From a virus (taxonomy: Duplodnaviria; Caudoviricetes): a stretch of DNA of 60,807 nucleotides. The stretch lies in IMG/VR virus record IMGVR_UViG_3300045944_000168, positions 1 to 60,807 of that record. One strand, given 5' to 3'. This document shows, in pieces, positions 9,029-19,091 of this stretch (the first letter of the stretch is position 1; the number at the start of each line of letters is the position of its first letter). The translations under genes were made by a program, and so were the position numbers. The notes below the pieces were generated by a model, which was not told the origin of the DNA, did no database searches, and saw only the letters and a program-made list of their open reading frames with translations.

Positions 9029-11482
9029 ATGAATACCAGGGGAACTGAATATCGAATTTTCGGACCACCTGGGACAGGGAAAACCACAACGGTGAGTCGA
9101 TTGGTGACGCAAGCGTGCAAAGAATATGGGTCAGAATATGTGCTGGCGGCGTCATTCACGCGGACGGCCGCACGGGAACTCGTGCAACGCGATCTACCCA
9201 TGAATGATGAGCAGATTGGGACCCTCCATGCCCTGTGTTATCGCCAACTGGATCGGCCGAAGATTATTACGAGGACCCACCTGAAAGACTGGAACGCGGA
9301 GCATCCGCAATGGCGGTTCGATGGGGCAGGGGCCTCCGATATCGATGACCCGTATGGCGATATCGAAGCCAATGGACAACAGGACGGTGACCGAATTCTC
9401 CAGGAATACCATCGGCTACGTGGACTGCTGGTGCCACCCGAAGAATGGCCGATCAAAATTCAATGGTTTGCGGAACGGTGGACCGATTTCAAAACGCAAA
9501 CCGGCTTGATCGATTTCACCGACCTGATTGAGCAATGCTGGCGTGAACGGACCGAAATCCCCAATGGTGCCGCCGTCTTCTTCCTGGATGAAGTGCAGGA
9601 CTTTTCTCCACTGGAATTAGCTCTTGCTCGGCATTGGGGAGAACAATGCGACCGCGTATATTTATGCGGAGATGAGGATCAATGCCAACCAGGAGAGAGT
9701 CTTGTTCGAGCGACGTGTGGGGATGTGCCGATCAAAGCGCTCGATCCAACGCTCCATCGTCTCGTAAGTTATGACCGCACAAAGAGCATTCTCGTTGGAC
9801 AGAAAGAAGGCTACGCTTTTCAAAAATCTGAGCGCTTCTATCAAGGTCGAATGATGACCGTGAAGACGACGGTCACTGCTGGCGCGCAATGCACGCCTAA
9901 TCACCGGTGGTTGGTTCGATGGCATGAGACGGCCAAGCACCCATCGGTCCATGTGGTTTATCTTATGCAACAAGATGCACGCTTTCGTATTGGGTGGTGC
10001 CGGTTATTTCGGGCCGATGGCTGCTTCCATCTTGGGACACGCGCCAGATTGGAATCCGCTGATGCCGCGTGGATTCTTCGTGTCTGTACCAATCGCAGCG
10101 AGGCATCGTTATGGGAATCTATCCTCTCAACCCGCTACGGCATTCCAACGATTCCGTTCCGTGAGGTAGTTGGCGCAACTCACTATACCGCTGCCGGTAT
10201 TGACTTTATCTTTTCCAAACTCTCCGATCTGAGGACAAACGCTGTCCAGTGCCTCATAGATCATGGACGTGATCTGGCCTTTCCCATCTGGACCCCACAA
10301 CAAGCATTCGCTCGTCGAGGAGGTACCTCAATCATTGAGATCGAAGCCTGTAACCTCCTCTCAGAATTCATGTGTGTGCCAGTCGTGGATGGACGTCGCA
10401 CTGTGTGGCATCCCATCACCATCACGGAGATGCCTTTTCATGGCACGGTCTATTCCCTTGCGGTTGAACCCTATCACCTCTACATTACCCATGGACTGGT
10501 GACCCATAATTGCCTGTACCGCTTTAAAGGCGCAATTCCCGATACCTTTCTCTCGCCGGAGCTCCCACCTGAACAAGTACAAGTCCTCGATCAGTCGTAT
10601 CGCGTGCCACGTACAGTGCATGCTGCAGCAGTCAGATGGATCGACCAGGTGACGCACCGGATGCCGAAAGCGTATCGTCCGCGAGACGAGGACGGGGAAG
10701 TCGGCGGACTCAATATCACGTACAAATATCTGCTCCCCCTGAAAAATCAGCTCGATGAGTGGATGGACCAAGGTAAAACCATTGCTTTCTTAGCGTCCTG
10801 TTCGTTCTTTCTTGATCCCCTCAAACATCAATTGCGCGCATGGGGCATTCCGTTCTGGAATCCGTACCGCAAGAAACGAGGGGATTGGAACCCGCTGACT
10901 GGGCGTGCGGGCACGATCAGCGCGACCGAGCGACTCCTGTCGTATCGCAAGCTGATCGATGCCGGCGAATGGTGGTCGTATCGGGACTTGTGGCAGTGGG
11001 CGTCTACACTGGAAGCCGACAGCGTGTTTAGTCGTGGTGCCAAAACGGCGATGCGTAAGAAAGCGGAAGATGCCCAGATGGCCAAGGTAGCGGTGGCTAC
11101 AGACGACTTGGACGCCTGGATGCCAGGTGAAGAAGCGGCTGATGCCGCAACAAAAGGAGATGTGGCATGGCTGCAAGCGCATCTCTTATCGACGTACGAC
11201 AAGCCGATGCGGTATGCCTGTTCGATTTTTGAGGCGCGTGGTCTCTCAGCGCTGCGCGAGACGCCACGAGTCAGCATCGGCACCATCCACAGTTACAAAG
11301 GAGGTGAAAGTCAGATTGTGGTGCTGTTTCCGGACCTCTCCCCAGCAGGATTCCGTGAATGGTCAACGCCTGGTGAGTGCCATGACAGCGTGCGGCGCAC
11401 CTACTACGTCGGGATGACCAGGGCGAAGGAAGCCTTGTATTGGGCGCAACCGTGCGGACTTTCAATCGGAGGGTACCTATGA
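9029..11482 (+). CDS. UvrD/Rep (SF1) helicase with intein
   Basis: AGGAGG RBS; GPPGTGKTT, TLHAL, DEVQD, GDEDQ|C, QSYR, TIHSYKGGE, YVGMTRA. Confidence 0.9.
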   Translation: MNTRGTEYRIFGPPGTGKTTTVSRLVTQACKEYGSEYVLAASFTRTAARELVQRDLPMNDEQIGTLHALCYRQLDRPKIITRTHLKDWNAEHPQWRFDGAGASDIDDPYGDIEANGQQDGDRILQEYHRLRGLLVPPEEWPIKIQWFAERWTDFKTQTGLIDFTDLIEQCWRERTEIPNGAAVFFLDEVQDFSPLELALARHWGEQCDRVYLCGDEDQCQPGESLVRATCGDVPIKALDPTLHRLVSYDRTKSILVGQKEGYAFQKSERFYQGRMMTVKTTVTAGAQCTPNHRWLVRWHETAKHPSVHVVYLMQQDARFRIGWCRLFRADGCFHLGTRARLESADAAWILRVCTNRSEASLWESILSTRYGIPTIPFREVVGATHYTAAGIDFIFSKLSDLRTNAVQCLIDHGRDLAFPIWTPQQAFARRGGTSIIEIEACNLLSEFMCVPVVDGRRTVWHPITITEMPFHGTVYSLAVEPYHLYITHGLVTHNCLYRFKGAIPDTFLSPELPPEQVQVLDQSYRVPRTVHAAAVRWIDQVTHRMPKAYRPRDEDGEVGGLNITYKYLLPLKNQLDEWMDQGKTIAFLASCSFFLDPLKHQLRAWGIPFWNPYRKKRGDWNPLTGRAGTISATERLLSYRKLIDAGEWWSYRDLWQWASTLEADSVFSRGAKTAMRKKAEDAQMAKVAVATDDLDAWMPGEEAADAATKGDVAWLQAHLLSTYDKPMRYACSIFEARGLSALRETPRVSIGTIHSYKGGESQIVVLFPDLSPAGFREWSTPGECHDSVRRTYYVGMTRAKEALYWAQPCGLSIGGYL
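9683..10510 (+). mobile_element. intein (276 aa) in helicase motif III
   Basis: Starts CQPGES after GDEDQ; block B CTPNHRW; ends THN followed by C+1 (CLYRFKGA). Confidence 0.9.
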
Positions 11483-11628
11483 AGATGAGCTGTGTCTTTC
11501 TCATGTATGGGTGGAAGGTGGGCGGAAAACGCACCACCAAGCAACGGCAAGCCGTGTCCAACGCCGATCATGCCCGGCACGGGCTCAAGAAGATTGAAGC
11601 CCTGTTCAAACTCAAAAGGTCGACATGA
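11479..11628 (+). CDS. small hypothetical protein
   Basis: GGAGGG RBS; ATGA overlaps on both sides. Confidence 0.45.
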   Translation: MKMSCVFLMYGWKVGGKRTTKQRQAVSNADHARHGLKKIEALFKLKRST

Positions 11629-11960
11629 GCCGATGGGCGACGGCGAAAGAACTCTGCCACTGGGATTGGCACAGGGAATGGCACAGGGAATGGAGGGAGA
11701 TATGCCACGGCACGATGGGAGAGGATCAACCGCTGCTCGTGTTCGAGCTGGTGGAGGCGCTCGACCGCGCCTACTTACGGAACGATCGGCCGGCCTTTCT
11801 CGACCTCAAGCACCAGCTCGTGAATCAGCCCTCGTGGCGCGGATTACGGCCTACCTCCGCACCGTCCCCGGCTGCTACGTCCGCAAGCTCCACGGCTCCG
11901 CCTTCCAAGTCGGACTCCCCGACCTTGTGGGATGCTATCGAGGGCGCTTCGTCGCCATAG
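11625..11960 (+). CDS. hypothetical protein overlapping the VRR-NUC gene
   Basis: ATGA-coupled start; helical-looking N-terminal half. Confidence 0.4.
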   Translation: MSRWATAKELCHWDWHREWHREWREICHGTMGEDQPLLVFELVEALDRAYLRNDRPAFLDLKHQLVNQPSWRGLRPTSAPSPAATSASSTAPPSKSDSPTLWDAIEGASSP

Positions 11961-12106
11961 AATGTAAGAAAAAAGGAGGGAAGCCGACCGTGGTGCAAGT
12001 CGAAGAGTTGAGGCGGATCACTCAGGCCGGCGGGGCCGCTTGTTGGTGTGACGACTTCACCATGTTTCTCGGCTGGTGGGAGCTCGTCAAGGCAGGGGCG
12101 CGATGA
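11702..12106 (+). CDS. VRR-NUC domain nuclease
   Basis: RESAL...GLPDL...FVAIECK...PT..Q...GG, a PD-(D/E)xK pattern; start uncertain. Confidence 0.85.
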   Translation: MPRHDGRGSTAARVRAGGGARPRLLTERSAGLSRPQAPARESALVARITAYLRTVPGCYVRKLHGSAFQVGLPDLVGCYRGRFVAIECKKKGGKPTVVQVEELRRITQAGGAACWCDDFTMFLGWWELVKAGAR

Positions 12107-12375
12107 CCTGTCCACGCTGCGCCGGCTTCCTCGTGCGATCCTGGCTGGTCGACCTCGGTCAATGGGAGATTCGTTGTGTGCAATGCGGGCATCGCCTGCC
12201 GTGGGTCGTCATTCCCCTCACACGGCAGGCCCGCATTGATGTCAATGCCCGATCCTCCGACGAGCCCTCGATGACCTGTCGCTGTGGAGCGAGCAAGCCG
12301 CTCCTGTGGTCACGCTGCCGCCAGTGCCTGCAACGGAATGCGGAGCAGATGAGACGGTGGCGAGCGAAGCAGTGA
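12103..12375 (+). CDS. zinc-finger protein
   Basis: CPRC...CVQCG...CRC...CRQC. Confidence 0.6.
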   Translation: MTCPRCAGFLVRSWLVDLGQWEIRCVQCGHRLPWVVIPLTRQARIDVNARSSDEPSMTCRCGASKPLLWSRCRQCLQRNAEQMRRWRAKQ

Positions 12376-12379
12376 GCCG

Positions 12380-12547
12380 TTAGACCTCTGGAGGGTCCGT
12401 CCGTGTGCCCCGCGTAATCCGTTGTCGGATCGCCTCACGAATCCATTCCGCCCGGCTCTGGCCGTCCGGGCGGTAACTGTCCAGCTCCTGCAGCAACTCG
12501 ACCGGGATCGGGAGGATGATCCGTGGCGTGCGTGTGGTGCGAGTCAT
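12380..12547 (-). CDS. ribbon-helix-helix (CopG-like) regulator
   Basis: 55 aa, not in the ORF track: RIILPIPVELLQELD...SRAEWIREAI; ATGA-coupled to the upstream minus-strand gene. Confidence 0.7.
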   Translation of the reverse strand: MTRTTRTPRIILPIPVELLQELDSYRPDGQSRAEWIREAIRQRITRGTRTDPPEV

Positions 12548-12813
12548 AGCTGTTTCTCCGCTAAGCTAATGGCTGCGTTGACAATCTCACGCATCGCTGC
12601 ACGATTCTCAGGACATGTGCTGTCGTGGTAGGCCAGAACCTCTTTCAGCGCACGATACATCACCGGCGCCGCCGCGAGGAGGGCGCGATGTTCTGGTTTG
12701 CAATGCACCCCATCGTCGTTCGTGGTGTACCACAGGACGGATTCTCCTGTGTCGTCGGAGAGCCAATAGCCGGTCCATGTCCATTTTTCTGATTGATGTG
12801 TTTTCTTGTTCAT
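12544..12813 (-). CDS. hypothetical phage protein
   Basis: GGAGGG RBS; ALLAAAPVMYRALK motif common in phage accessory proteins. Confidence 0.65.
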   Translation of the reverse strand: MNKKTHQSEKWTWTGYWLSDDTGESVLWYTTNDDGVHCKPEHRALLAAAPVMYRALKEVLAYHDSTCPENRAAMREIVNAAISLAEKQL

Positions 12814-13022
12814 GTTGCCCTCCATGCCTGATTCTATATGCCATTTGTATGCCGTTAGTATATACACATGGAGATCCTTTGATAATCATGACTTCTGGTT
12901 GCACGGTGCCCGGTGCTGTCTTGATTGTGTGGCGACCTTGCTCCAGTACATGTGGCACTTTTGTTACAGTGTGGCGAAAATGCTCAATGAACGATTGGTT
13001 AAAACCCTGCACACTTCCCCCC

Positions 13023-13051
13023 TTGACACCGTGCACATGTTGCTATACATA
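13023..13051 (+). promoter_or_regulatory. candidate late promoter
   Basis: TTGACA-N17-TACATA ahead of the packaging operon; the -10 element is imperfect. Confidence 0.35.
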
Positions 13052-13119
13052 GCGTGATAGATGAGCCGTTCCCCTATATACTATAGGATAGGATGGGTGT
13101 ATGTCCGGAAGGAGTGACT

Positions 13120-13404
13120 ATGCTACCGATGCAATCAGAGCAATCCGGGGCTGCCGAGATGATGGAGGCGGAACCGGCTGGTGAGGTGAATCTCAAGATC
13201 TGCGTCGATCGTCTGGCCGATGGCACGTTCTCCGTGTATGTGGATTCTGGCGCGGAAGTCGATGGCGAAGCCCATCAGACGGCTGAGGATCTGGAAGGTG
13301 CCCTGCAAATTGTTATGGATCTCGTCGAGCAACATCCCGATGATCAGTCGCCACAAGCTCAGTTCTCAGCTGGCTTCAAAGGGGAAAACAGGGAGCCGTA
13401 TTAA
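13120..13404 (+). CDS. acidic hypothetical protein
   Basis: AAGGAG RBS. Confidence 0.6.
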   Translation: MLPMQSEQSGAAEMMEAEPAGEVNLKICVDRLADGTFSVYVDSGAEVDGEAHQTAEDLEGALQIVMDLVEQHPDDQSPQAQFSAGFKGENREPY

Positions 13405-13516
13405 GTCAATGATGAATGATGATTTCCAAATGGCATTTTCGATTCTCGCTGAGCATGAACGGAAGATCAAACTTGTGCTCGTCTTCGTGAACGTTTTTTG
13501 TGGATACTGAGGACGT

Positions 13517-13786
13517 GTGGCTAAAGCACATCTCAACTTTGAAGATCAAGGCAACGGCGTGGTGGCGCTGCAACTCATTTTTGATTCACCATCGACTCCT
13601 TTCGAGAAAGACTCCGCGGCGCATCAGATGGCACTCTGCGCCGTGCAGTATTTGGATAAATTACTGGAGAGGCGCAGCGAGCCGGCCGTGACGCTGAAAG
13701 AATCAACCGACGAGTCGGTGATTGTAGAACCGGAGCCGGAAACCCGCGTTATTACGCCGATCTATCATTTGAGTGGGAGCGGATAG
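13517..13786 (+). CDS. hypothetical protein
   Basis: GAGG RBS; abuts the small terminase gene. Confidence 0.55.
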   Translation: MAKAHLNFEDQGNGVVALQLIFDSPSTPFEKDSAAHQMALCAVQYLDKLLERRSEPAVTLKESTDESVIVEPEPETRVITPIYHLSGSG

Positions 13787-14176
13787 GTGAATGCTGATCT
13801 AGTTTCTGCGCGCACAGGGCGGGCAAAGCGGAAAGCGCCGCCACATGCGTGGAGACCAGGGCAAAGCGGCAATCCACGTGGTGGAGCGAAGCGTACAGCG
13901 GAGGAGCTGAATCTGATTGCTGCGTGCCGTGAAAAAACACCCAAAGCGCTTGCTACGATCTGCGCCTTGATGGAGTCCGCCGATAAAGATTCCGTGCGAC
14001 TTGGAGCGGCGACCTATATCATCGATCGCGGATGGGGGAAGGCGGTGCAAGTCGTGGAAGATCGAAACGGCAATCCCCTGGCCAATGCGGCCACTGAGTT
14101 GCTCATGGCCATGCGCGAACGATTGACACAAACCGTGGAAGAGCGAAAGCACCTCGTCCATGTCCATGATCGCTGA
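13787..14176 (+). CDS. terminase small subunit (DUF5681-like)
   Basis: WRPGQSGNPRG and IIDRGWGK motifs; directly upstream of TerL. Confidence 0.75.
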   Translation: MNADLVSARTGRAKRKAPPHAWRPGQSGNPRGGAKRTAEELNLIAACREKTPKALATICALMESADKDSVRLGAATYIIDRGWGKAVQVVEDRNGNPLANAATELLMAMRERLTQTVEERKHLVHVHDR

Positions 14177-15635
14177 TCTTCTACCGGAAGAGCTGGCTAT
14201 CCGTGAAATTGATGCTATTTTAGCGACGCGCAAGCTTGATCTGTATAAACCCTATCCCAAGCAAATTGCATTTCACACGCAGGGCGGTGATCCTGACGTG
14301 CGGGAGCGGCTGCTGAGTGCTGGAAACCAAGTCGGCAAGACCTTAAGCGCTTCGGCAGAAACCGCCATGCATCTCACGGGGCGATACCCGCAGTGGTGGG
14401 ATGGCGTGCGGTTCGATCGTCCGGTCACGTGGATGGTGGCGTCGGAGACCGCAAAACTTACGCGAGACGGGGTGCAGGTGCATTTGTGTGGATGGCCGAA
14501 GCATCCGAAAGGTACGGGGATGATCCCCGCGCAGGATCTGTTAGAGACGCCAGCGGCAACGGGCATTGTGGACTACTACGATTTTCTGCGAGTGCAACAT
14601 TACAATGCGGCCGGTGAGAAGGACGGGGAATCGCTGTGTTATCTCCGGTCCTATGATCAAGGTCGGGAGCGCGTGCAAGCCTTAACCCTCGATGGCGTGT
14701 GGCTCGATGAAGAGCCGGAGTTGGCGTATTACATGGAGTGCTTCACGCGCACGAACGTGGTCATGGGGCCGGTCTACCTGACTTTTACCCCGCTCAAGGG
14801 CATGTCTGAGGTTGTGCGGCGGTTTCTGATCGAGAAAGTACCTGGAACCGCGACCACGACGATGACGATTTACGATGCTGAGCATTATTCGGAGGATCAG
14901 CGCAAGCGGATTATTGCGAGTTATCCGGCGTACATGCGGGACGCGCGTGCGTTAGGGATCCCGGTCCTGGGATCTGGGCGCATCTTCCCAGTAGACGAGG
15001 CGTTGCTGAAAGTGCCGAGTCGGCAGATTCCGGCCTGGAATAAACGGGTGGTGGGGATGGATTTTGGCTATGATCACCCCACAGCGGCCGTGTGGATTGC
15101 CTACGATCCGGATACCGATGTGGCGTATCTGTATGATGCCTACCGGCAGCGCGAAGCGTCTCCCGCGATTCATTCGGTCGCGATCCGGACACGAGGCGCC
15201 TGGATTCCGGTGTCCTGGCCGCATGATGGCTATCAGCATGATAAGGGGGGCTCGTGTGAAGCGCTCGCCGATCAATATCGACAGTTCGGTGTCAATATGA
15301 TGGTGCGGCATGCGACCCATGCGCCGGCTCAGGATCAGAAAGAGGGGGAGGGCGGCTATGGGCGTGAAGCCGGGCTCATGATGATGTTGGATCGCATGCA
15401 GACTGGACGTCTCAAAGTCGCAGACCATCTGAACGATTGGTGGGAAGAGTTCCGGTTGTATCATCGGAAAGATGGCAAAGTGGTGGATATTGGCGATGAT
15501 TTGATGAGTGCCACGAGAATTGGCTTGATGATGTTGCGGCATGCGCAGACCATGCCGAAGCCGGTGCAATCCGCGTTCTGGGATGCGGTGAAACCACCCG
15601 CGCCGGCTGGCGCGATGGGGATGTTGGGGTCATGA
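14160..15635 (+). CDS. terminase large subunit
   Basis: AGNQVGKT, WLDEEP, TFTPLKG, GMDFG, DDLMSATR. Confidence 0.95.
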   Translation: MSMIADLLPEELAIREIDAILATRKLDLYKPYPKQIAFHTQGGDPDVRERLLSAGNQVGKTLSASAETAMHLTGRYPQWWDGVRFDRPVTWMVASETAKLTRDGVQVHLCGWPKHPKGTGMIPAQDLLETPAATGIVDYYDFLRVQHYNAAGEKDGESLCYLRSYDQGRERVQALTLDGVWLDEEPELAYYMECFTRTNVVMGPVYLTFTPLKGMSEVVRRFLIEKVPGTATTTMTIYDAEHYSEDQRKRIIASYPAYMRDARALGIPVLGSGRIFPVDEALLKVPSRQIPAWNKRVVGMDFGYDHPTAAVWIAYDPDTDVAYLYDAYRQREASPAIHSVAIRTRGAWIPVSWPHDGYQHDKGGSCEALADQYRQFGVNMMVRHATHAPAQDQKEGEGGYGREAGLMMMLDRMQTGRLKVADHLNDWWEEFRLYHRKDGKVVDIGDDLMSATRIGLMMLRHAQTMPKPVQSAFWDAVKPPAPAGAMGMLGS

Positions 15636-15982
15636 GTCGAAACAGCTGGGTTCAGACGCTGACTTGTCGTAACGGTGGCTGGTGGGCGATTCCATACGAT
15701 CGTCTCGTGTCATTGGATGTGAAGATACAGTCTTCGCCTCCATCGCCTCCATGGGTGCATACCTCGGTGGCGCGCGGCTGGCCCCGCTGTTCGATTTGTC
15801 GCGCGCCGATTTCGCCGCAGGTGGGGCATTGTCCGCATGCCACGGGACATGTCGTCAACGGGGACTATACGTTGATTCCCCATATTCACTATCCGGACTA
15901 TGCCACCGTAGCTTATGGAGTAAAGCCCCGGTTTTGTAAACCGGAGAAGGCCGCGCACGTCGGTCCGGTGGCTCCATCATAG
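15632..15982 (+). CDS. hypothetical Cys/His protein
   Basis: ATGA-coupled; CSIC...CPH. Confidence 0.5.
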   Translation: MSRNSWVQTLTCRNGGWWAIPYDRLVSLDVKIQSSPPSPPWVHTSVARGWPRCSICRAPISPQVGHCPHATGHVVNGDYTLIPHIHYPDYATVAYGVKPRFCKPEKAAHVGPVAPS

Positions 15983-15991
15983 AAAGCAACC

Positions 15992-16255
15992 ATGACGCTT
16001 GATATTGAGATCATGCAGGTCGAGACAGGTGAGATCGCGACACTGATTTCGGAGTGGGACGAAAGGGATGAGTGGCCTCCGTTTTTTTGGACCGATGGAA
16101 ATTTTTCGTGCGATTGCAATCGAGAGCTGGAATTTTATCGTGTGAAGGGGCAGCCGAGATCCGTCGACCACGCGCAGTGTGGAAGTGGCCGGTATTGTGT
16201 GAAGCTTACGGCTGGAGATCAGATCTATGATGAGTTGTCAGAGGTTGCACCATGA
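15992..16255 (+). CDS. hypothetical protein
   Basis: FFWTDGNFSCDCNR motif. Confidence 0.6.
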   Translation: MTLDIEIMQVETGEIATLISEWDERDEWPPFFWTDGNFSCDCNRELEFYRVKGQPRSVDHAQCGSGRYCVKLTAGDQIYDELSEVAP

Positions 16256-18612
16256 GTTCAGCCATCCGTGACCTTCCCCTCTCCATCCGTACTCGCCTTG
16301 CACGGCAAAAGCGCGATCAGGCACGGTCAGAGCAGGTCTTGAAAGAACTGACTAACACATTAGTCCAACGCCGTAAGCGGTACGTGGACGGGCGAGCGGC
16401 GAGCGGGATTGAGGAAGTGTGGCGCAAGTGTGACGATAATATGGCGTGCGTGGATGAGATGACCGGGAAAGGCTCCGCCATTGTGCCGCCACGGTACACC
16501 AAGGGCATGACGCTCACGGACGGCATTCGGCGGAATGATGATGTCGCCACGAGCTTGAATAGCAAATCGCGGGCCTTTGAGCGGCTCACGGCGCGGTATG
16601 TGGCGGCTGGGGCGGCGAAGGTGAATAGTATTATTACCGCGATCGATGCCAAGTTGTTTTCAATTGATAAGACGCCAGTCGAAGATCTGATTGAGTTGCA
16701 AGAGTCTGTCTCACCCGTTTCCCTCAATGGGAGCCAGGCGCTTCGGGATCCAAAACCGGAAGAAGTTATGCCGGTGAATTCCACGGATCCGTTGCGTCCG
16801 CCGCCGATGCCGCCAGGGATGATGCCGGCGGCGTTGCCTGGGGTGCCGCTCACCACGAAAGATCTGGCTGATGAACAGGCGGCACTAGCGCACAAGAAAG
16901 CGAAGAAGGCCGAGCAGCTGATCTACGATTGGCAGATCGAGGCGAAGTATTCTAAGCATATTCGCCGTATGATGTATCGTGCCGCGCGGTATGGCACGGG
17001 GGTCATGAAAGGGCCGTTCCCGGAGTACCGCACAATGCGCGCCGTGACGATGGTCGACCAGCAGACAGCTAAGGTGGAGTATAAAGAGCTGATCAAACCG
17101 GGGTTTGAAGCGCTGTCCCCGTGGGATTGCTTCCCGGATCCTGACTGTGGCGAGGACATTCATCAAGGGGAAGGTTTCTTTGAGCGGAGTTACGTCGTTG
17201 AAAAAGTGCTACGCAAGCTGGCCAAGGAGGACGGCTATTTCGATCGTGAAATTCTGTTGGCGATCAAGGAGGGGCCGCAGCAGGGGCGTGCCTCGAACGA
17301 GGGACCGTCGCTATCAGGCGCTGGCACTGGCAAGGATGAGCGGTTCGAGCTGTGGTACTACACGGGGACGTTGACGTTAGAAGAATCGAAGGCGATCAAC
17401 GATGCGTTGGGGGCGCAGCAGAAGGACTTGTTGTTACCGTTGCAAGCCATGGTGCCGGTGATCATCACGATGGTCAACGATCGGATTATCAAGTGTACTC
17501 AATCGCCGATCAAATCCGGGAAGTTGCCGTACAATTTTCAGCCGTGGGAGTTCCGGGAGGGTTCGTGTTGGGGGATTGGCGTTGCCGAGCAGTGTTTTAT
17601 GCCGCAAGAGATGCTCAATGGCGCCTTGCGAGCCATGGCGAACAATGCGGCGGCTGGGACACAGGTAATTTTGAATAAGCAGTTAGTCACTCCCGCGGAT
17701 CAGAGTCCGGTGATTTATGCGCTGAAGCTGTGGCATTTATCGGCGGATGCGACGACCGACGATATTCGCAAGGCGTTCGGGATTTTTGATATTCCGAACG
17801 TGACCGACAAGATGTTGGCGATCATTAATCACGCCTATCTTGTGGCGGAGAATTCCACGAACATTCCGTTGATTACGCAGGGGCACAGCGGCAAGACCAC
17901 ACCTGACACGTATGGCGCGGCGCAGTTGCAAGAGAACAACGCCAATCAGCTCTTGCGCGATGTGGCGGGGCGCTACGACGATTTTATCGGTGAGCGGAAC
18001 GTCGATGATTTGTATGAGTGGCTCTTGCTCGATCCTGAAGTTCCGGCGGATGCGAAAGGCGATTTTCAGATTCATGCGAAGGGGGCATCAGCTCTCGCCG
18101 AGCGGTACATTCAGGATCAATTTATTGCGCAAGAATATCCGATGGTCAAGGATCCGGCGTTTGGCATTAATCCCAAGAAGTGGTATGCACAGCTGCGCCG
18201 CTCGAAGCATTTGAATCCCGAGGATGTGCAATATACCGACGAAGAGCAGCAGAAGCTGGCGCAAGTGCCGCCGCCGAAGGCCCCGCAAGTACAGGCCGCG
18301 GAGATTCGCGCGCAGGTGGATCTGCAGAAAGCGAAGATGGATCAGGATCGTGATACGGTCTATGTCCAAGCAGAGACGGCTAGAACACAGAGCGAGCATC
18401 AGGCGCGGATGCAGGAGTTGGCGCAAGAGCTGGATATTGCGATGCGCAAGGCACAGATCGAAATGGAGAAGATCAAGGCGGACATTGCCGAGACGACGAT
18501 GAAATTGCAGACACAGCAGGAGTTGTCGACGCAACGGCATGCAGTCGAGGTGGCAACTCCGCCCACGGAGCCGGCGGGGAGGGCACCGGCTGGGCAGGCG
18601 TTTGAGAAATGA
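16252..18612 (+). CDS. portal protein
   Basis: 786 aa after TerL; YGTGVMKGP, SPWDCFPDP, WGIGVAE; C-terminal coiled coil. Confidence 0.85.
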   Translation: MSSAIRDLPLSIRTRLARQKRDQARSEQVLKELTNTLVQRRKRYVDGRAASGIEEVWRKCDDNMACVDEMTGKGSAIVPPRYTKGMTLTDGIRRNDDVATSLNSKSRAFERLTARYVAAGAAKVNSIITAIDAKLFSIDKTPVEDLIELQESVSPVSLNGSQALRDPKPEEVMPVNSTDPLRPPPMPPGMMPAALPGVPLTTKDLADEQAALAHKKAKKAEQLIYDWQIEAKYSKHIRRMMYRAARYGTGVMKGPFPEYRTMRAVTMVDQQTAKVEYKELIKPGFEALSPWDCFPDPDCGEDIHQGEGFFERSYVVEKVLRKLAKEDGYFDREILLAIKEGPQQGRASNEGPSLSGAGTGKDERFELWYYTGTLTLEESKAINDALGAQQKDLLLPLQAMVPVIITMVNDRIIKCTQSPIKSGKLPYNFQPWEFREGSCWGIGVAEQCFMPQEMLNGALRAMANNAAAGTQVILNKQLVTPADQSPVIYALKLWHLSADATTDDIRKAFGIFDIPNVTDKMLAIINHAYLVAENSTNIPLITQGHSGKTTPDTYGAAQLQENNANQLLRDVAGRYDDFIGERNVDDLYEWLLLDPEVPADAKGDFQIHAKGASALAERYIQDQFIAQEYPMVKDPAFGINPKKWYAQLRRSKHLNPEDVQYTDEEQQKLAQVPPPKAPQVQAAEIRAQVDLQKAKMDQDRDTVYVQAETARTQSEHQARMQELAQELDIAMRKAQIEMEKIKADIAETTMKLQTQQELSTQRHAVEVATPPTEPAGRAPAGQAFEK

Positions 18613-18645
18613 TGAGTGCAATGCTGAAGGTATTGAGGCGATAGC

Positions 18646-18858
18646 ATGGTTTCCCTCAACACCATTCGGCTTTATCGATTAATGGGAGCGACGTATGCGG
18701 AGTTGGGGTATGCGTCGGATAGGCTTGGCGAGAACCATGCGCGAAGCATTATTGGGGGTGGTCCCGTTGTGAAATGGTTACAGTTTGCTAAACGTAATCC
18801 GACGTTCCGTTCGGCGATGGAGCGGGTCTTAGTGAGGTGGGCGGAGCAATGTACTTGA
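18646..18858 (+). CDS. hypothetical protein
   Basis: GAGG RBS. Confidence 0.4.
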   Translation: MVSLNTIRLYRLMGATYAELGYASDRLGENHARSIIGGGPVVKWLQFAKRNPTFRSAMERVLVRWAEQCT

Positions 18859-18890
18859 CAACCAGAAGTGATTGTATTACATGACGAATC

Positions 18891-19091
18891 ATGGAGTGGA
18901 CCCAGGCGGATCGGCTCTCTCCCACGGGACAGAGGGTTGTGGCGTATTTCAACGAGCGGTCCACCGATCTTCTAAGGCAGATTCGGAGAAAGGATCTCAC
19001 GGAGCAGGACACGCAGTTTCTCCGGGGGCAGCTCCACGAGCAGGAAGTGTTTCTTCGGGACTTTCTCACGGACGAATCGTCGAACTTTTAA
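18891..19091 (+). CDS. small post-portal protein
   Basis: TQFLRGQ motif, typical of the podovirus gene between portal and scaffold. Confidence 0.6.
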   Translation: MEWTQADRLSPTGQRVVAYFNERSTDLLRQIRRKDLTEQDTQFLRGQLHEQEVFLRDFLTDESSNF

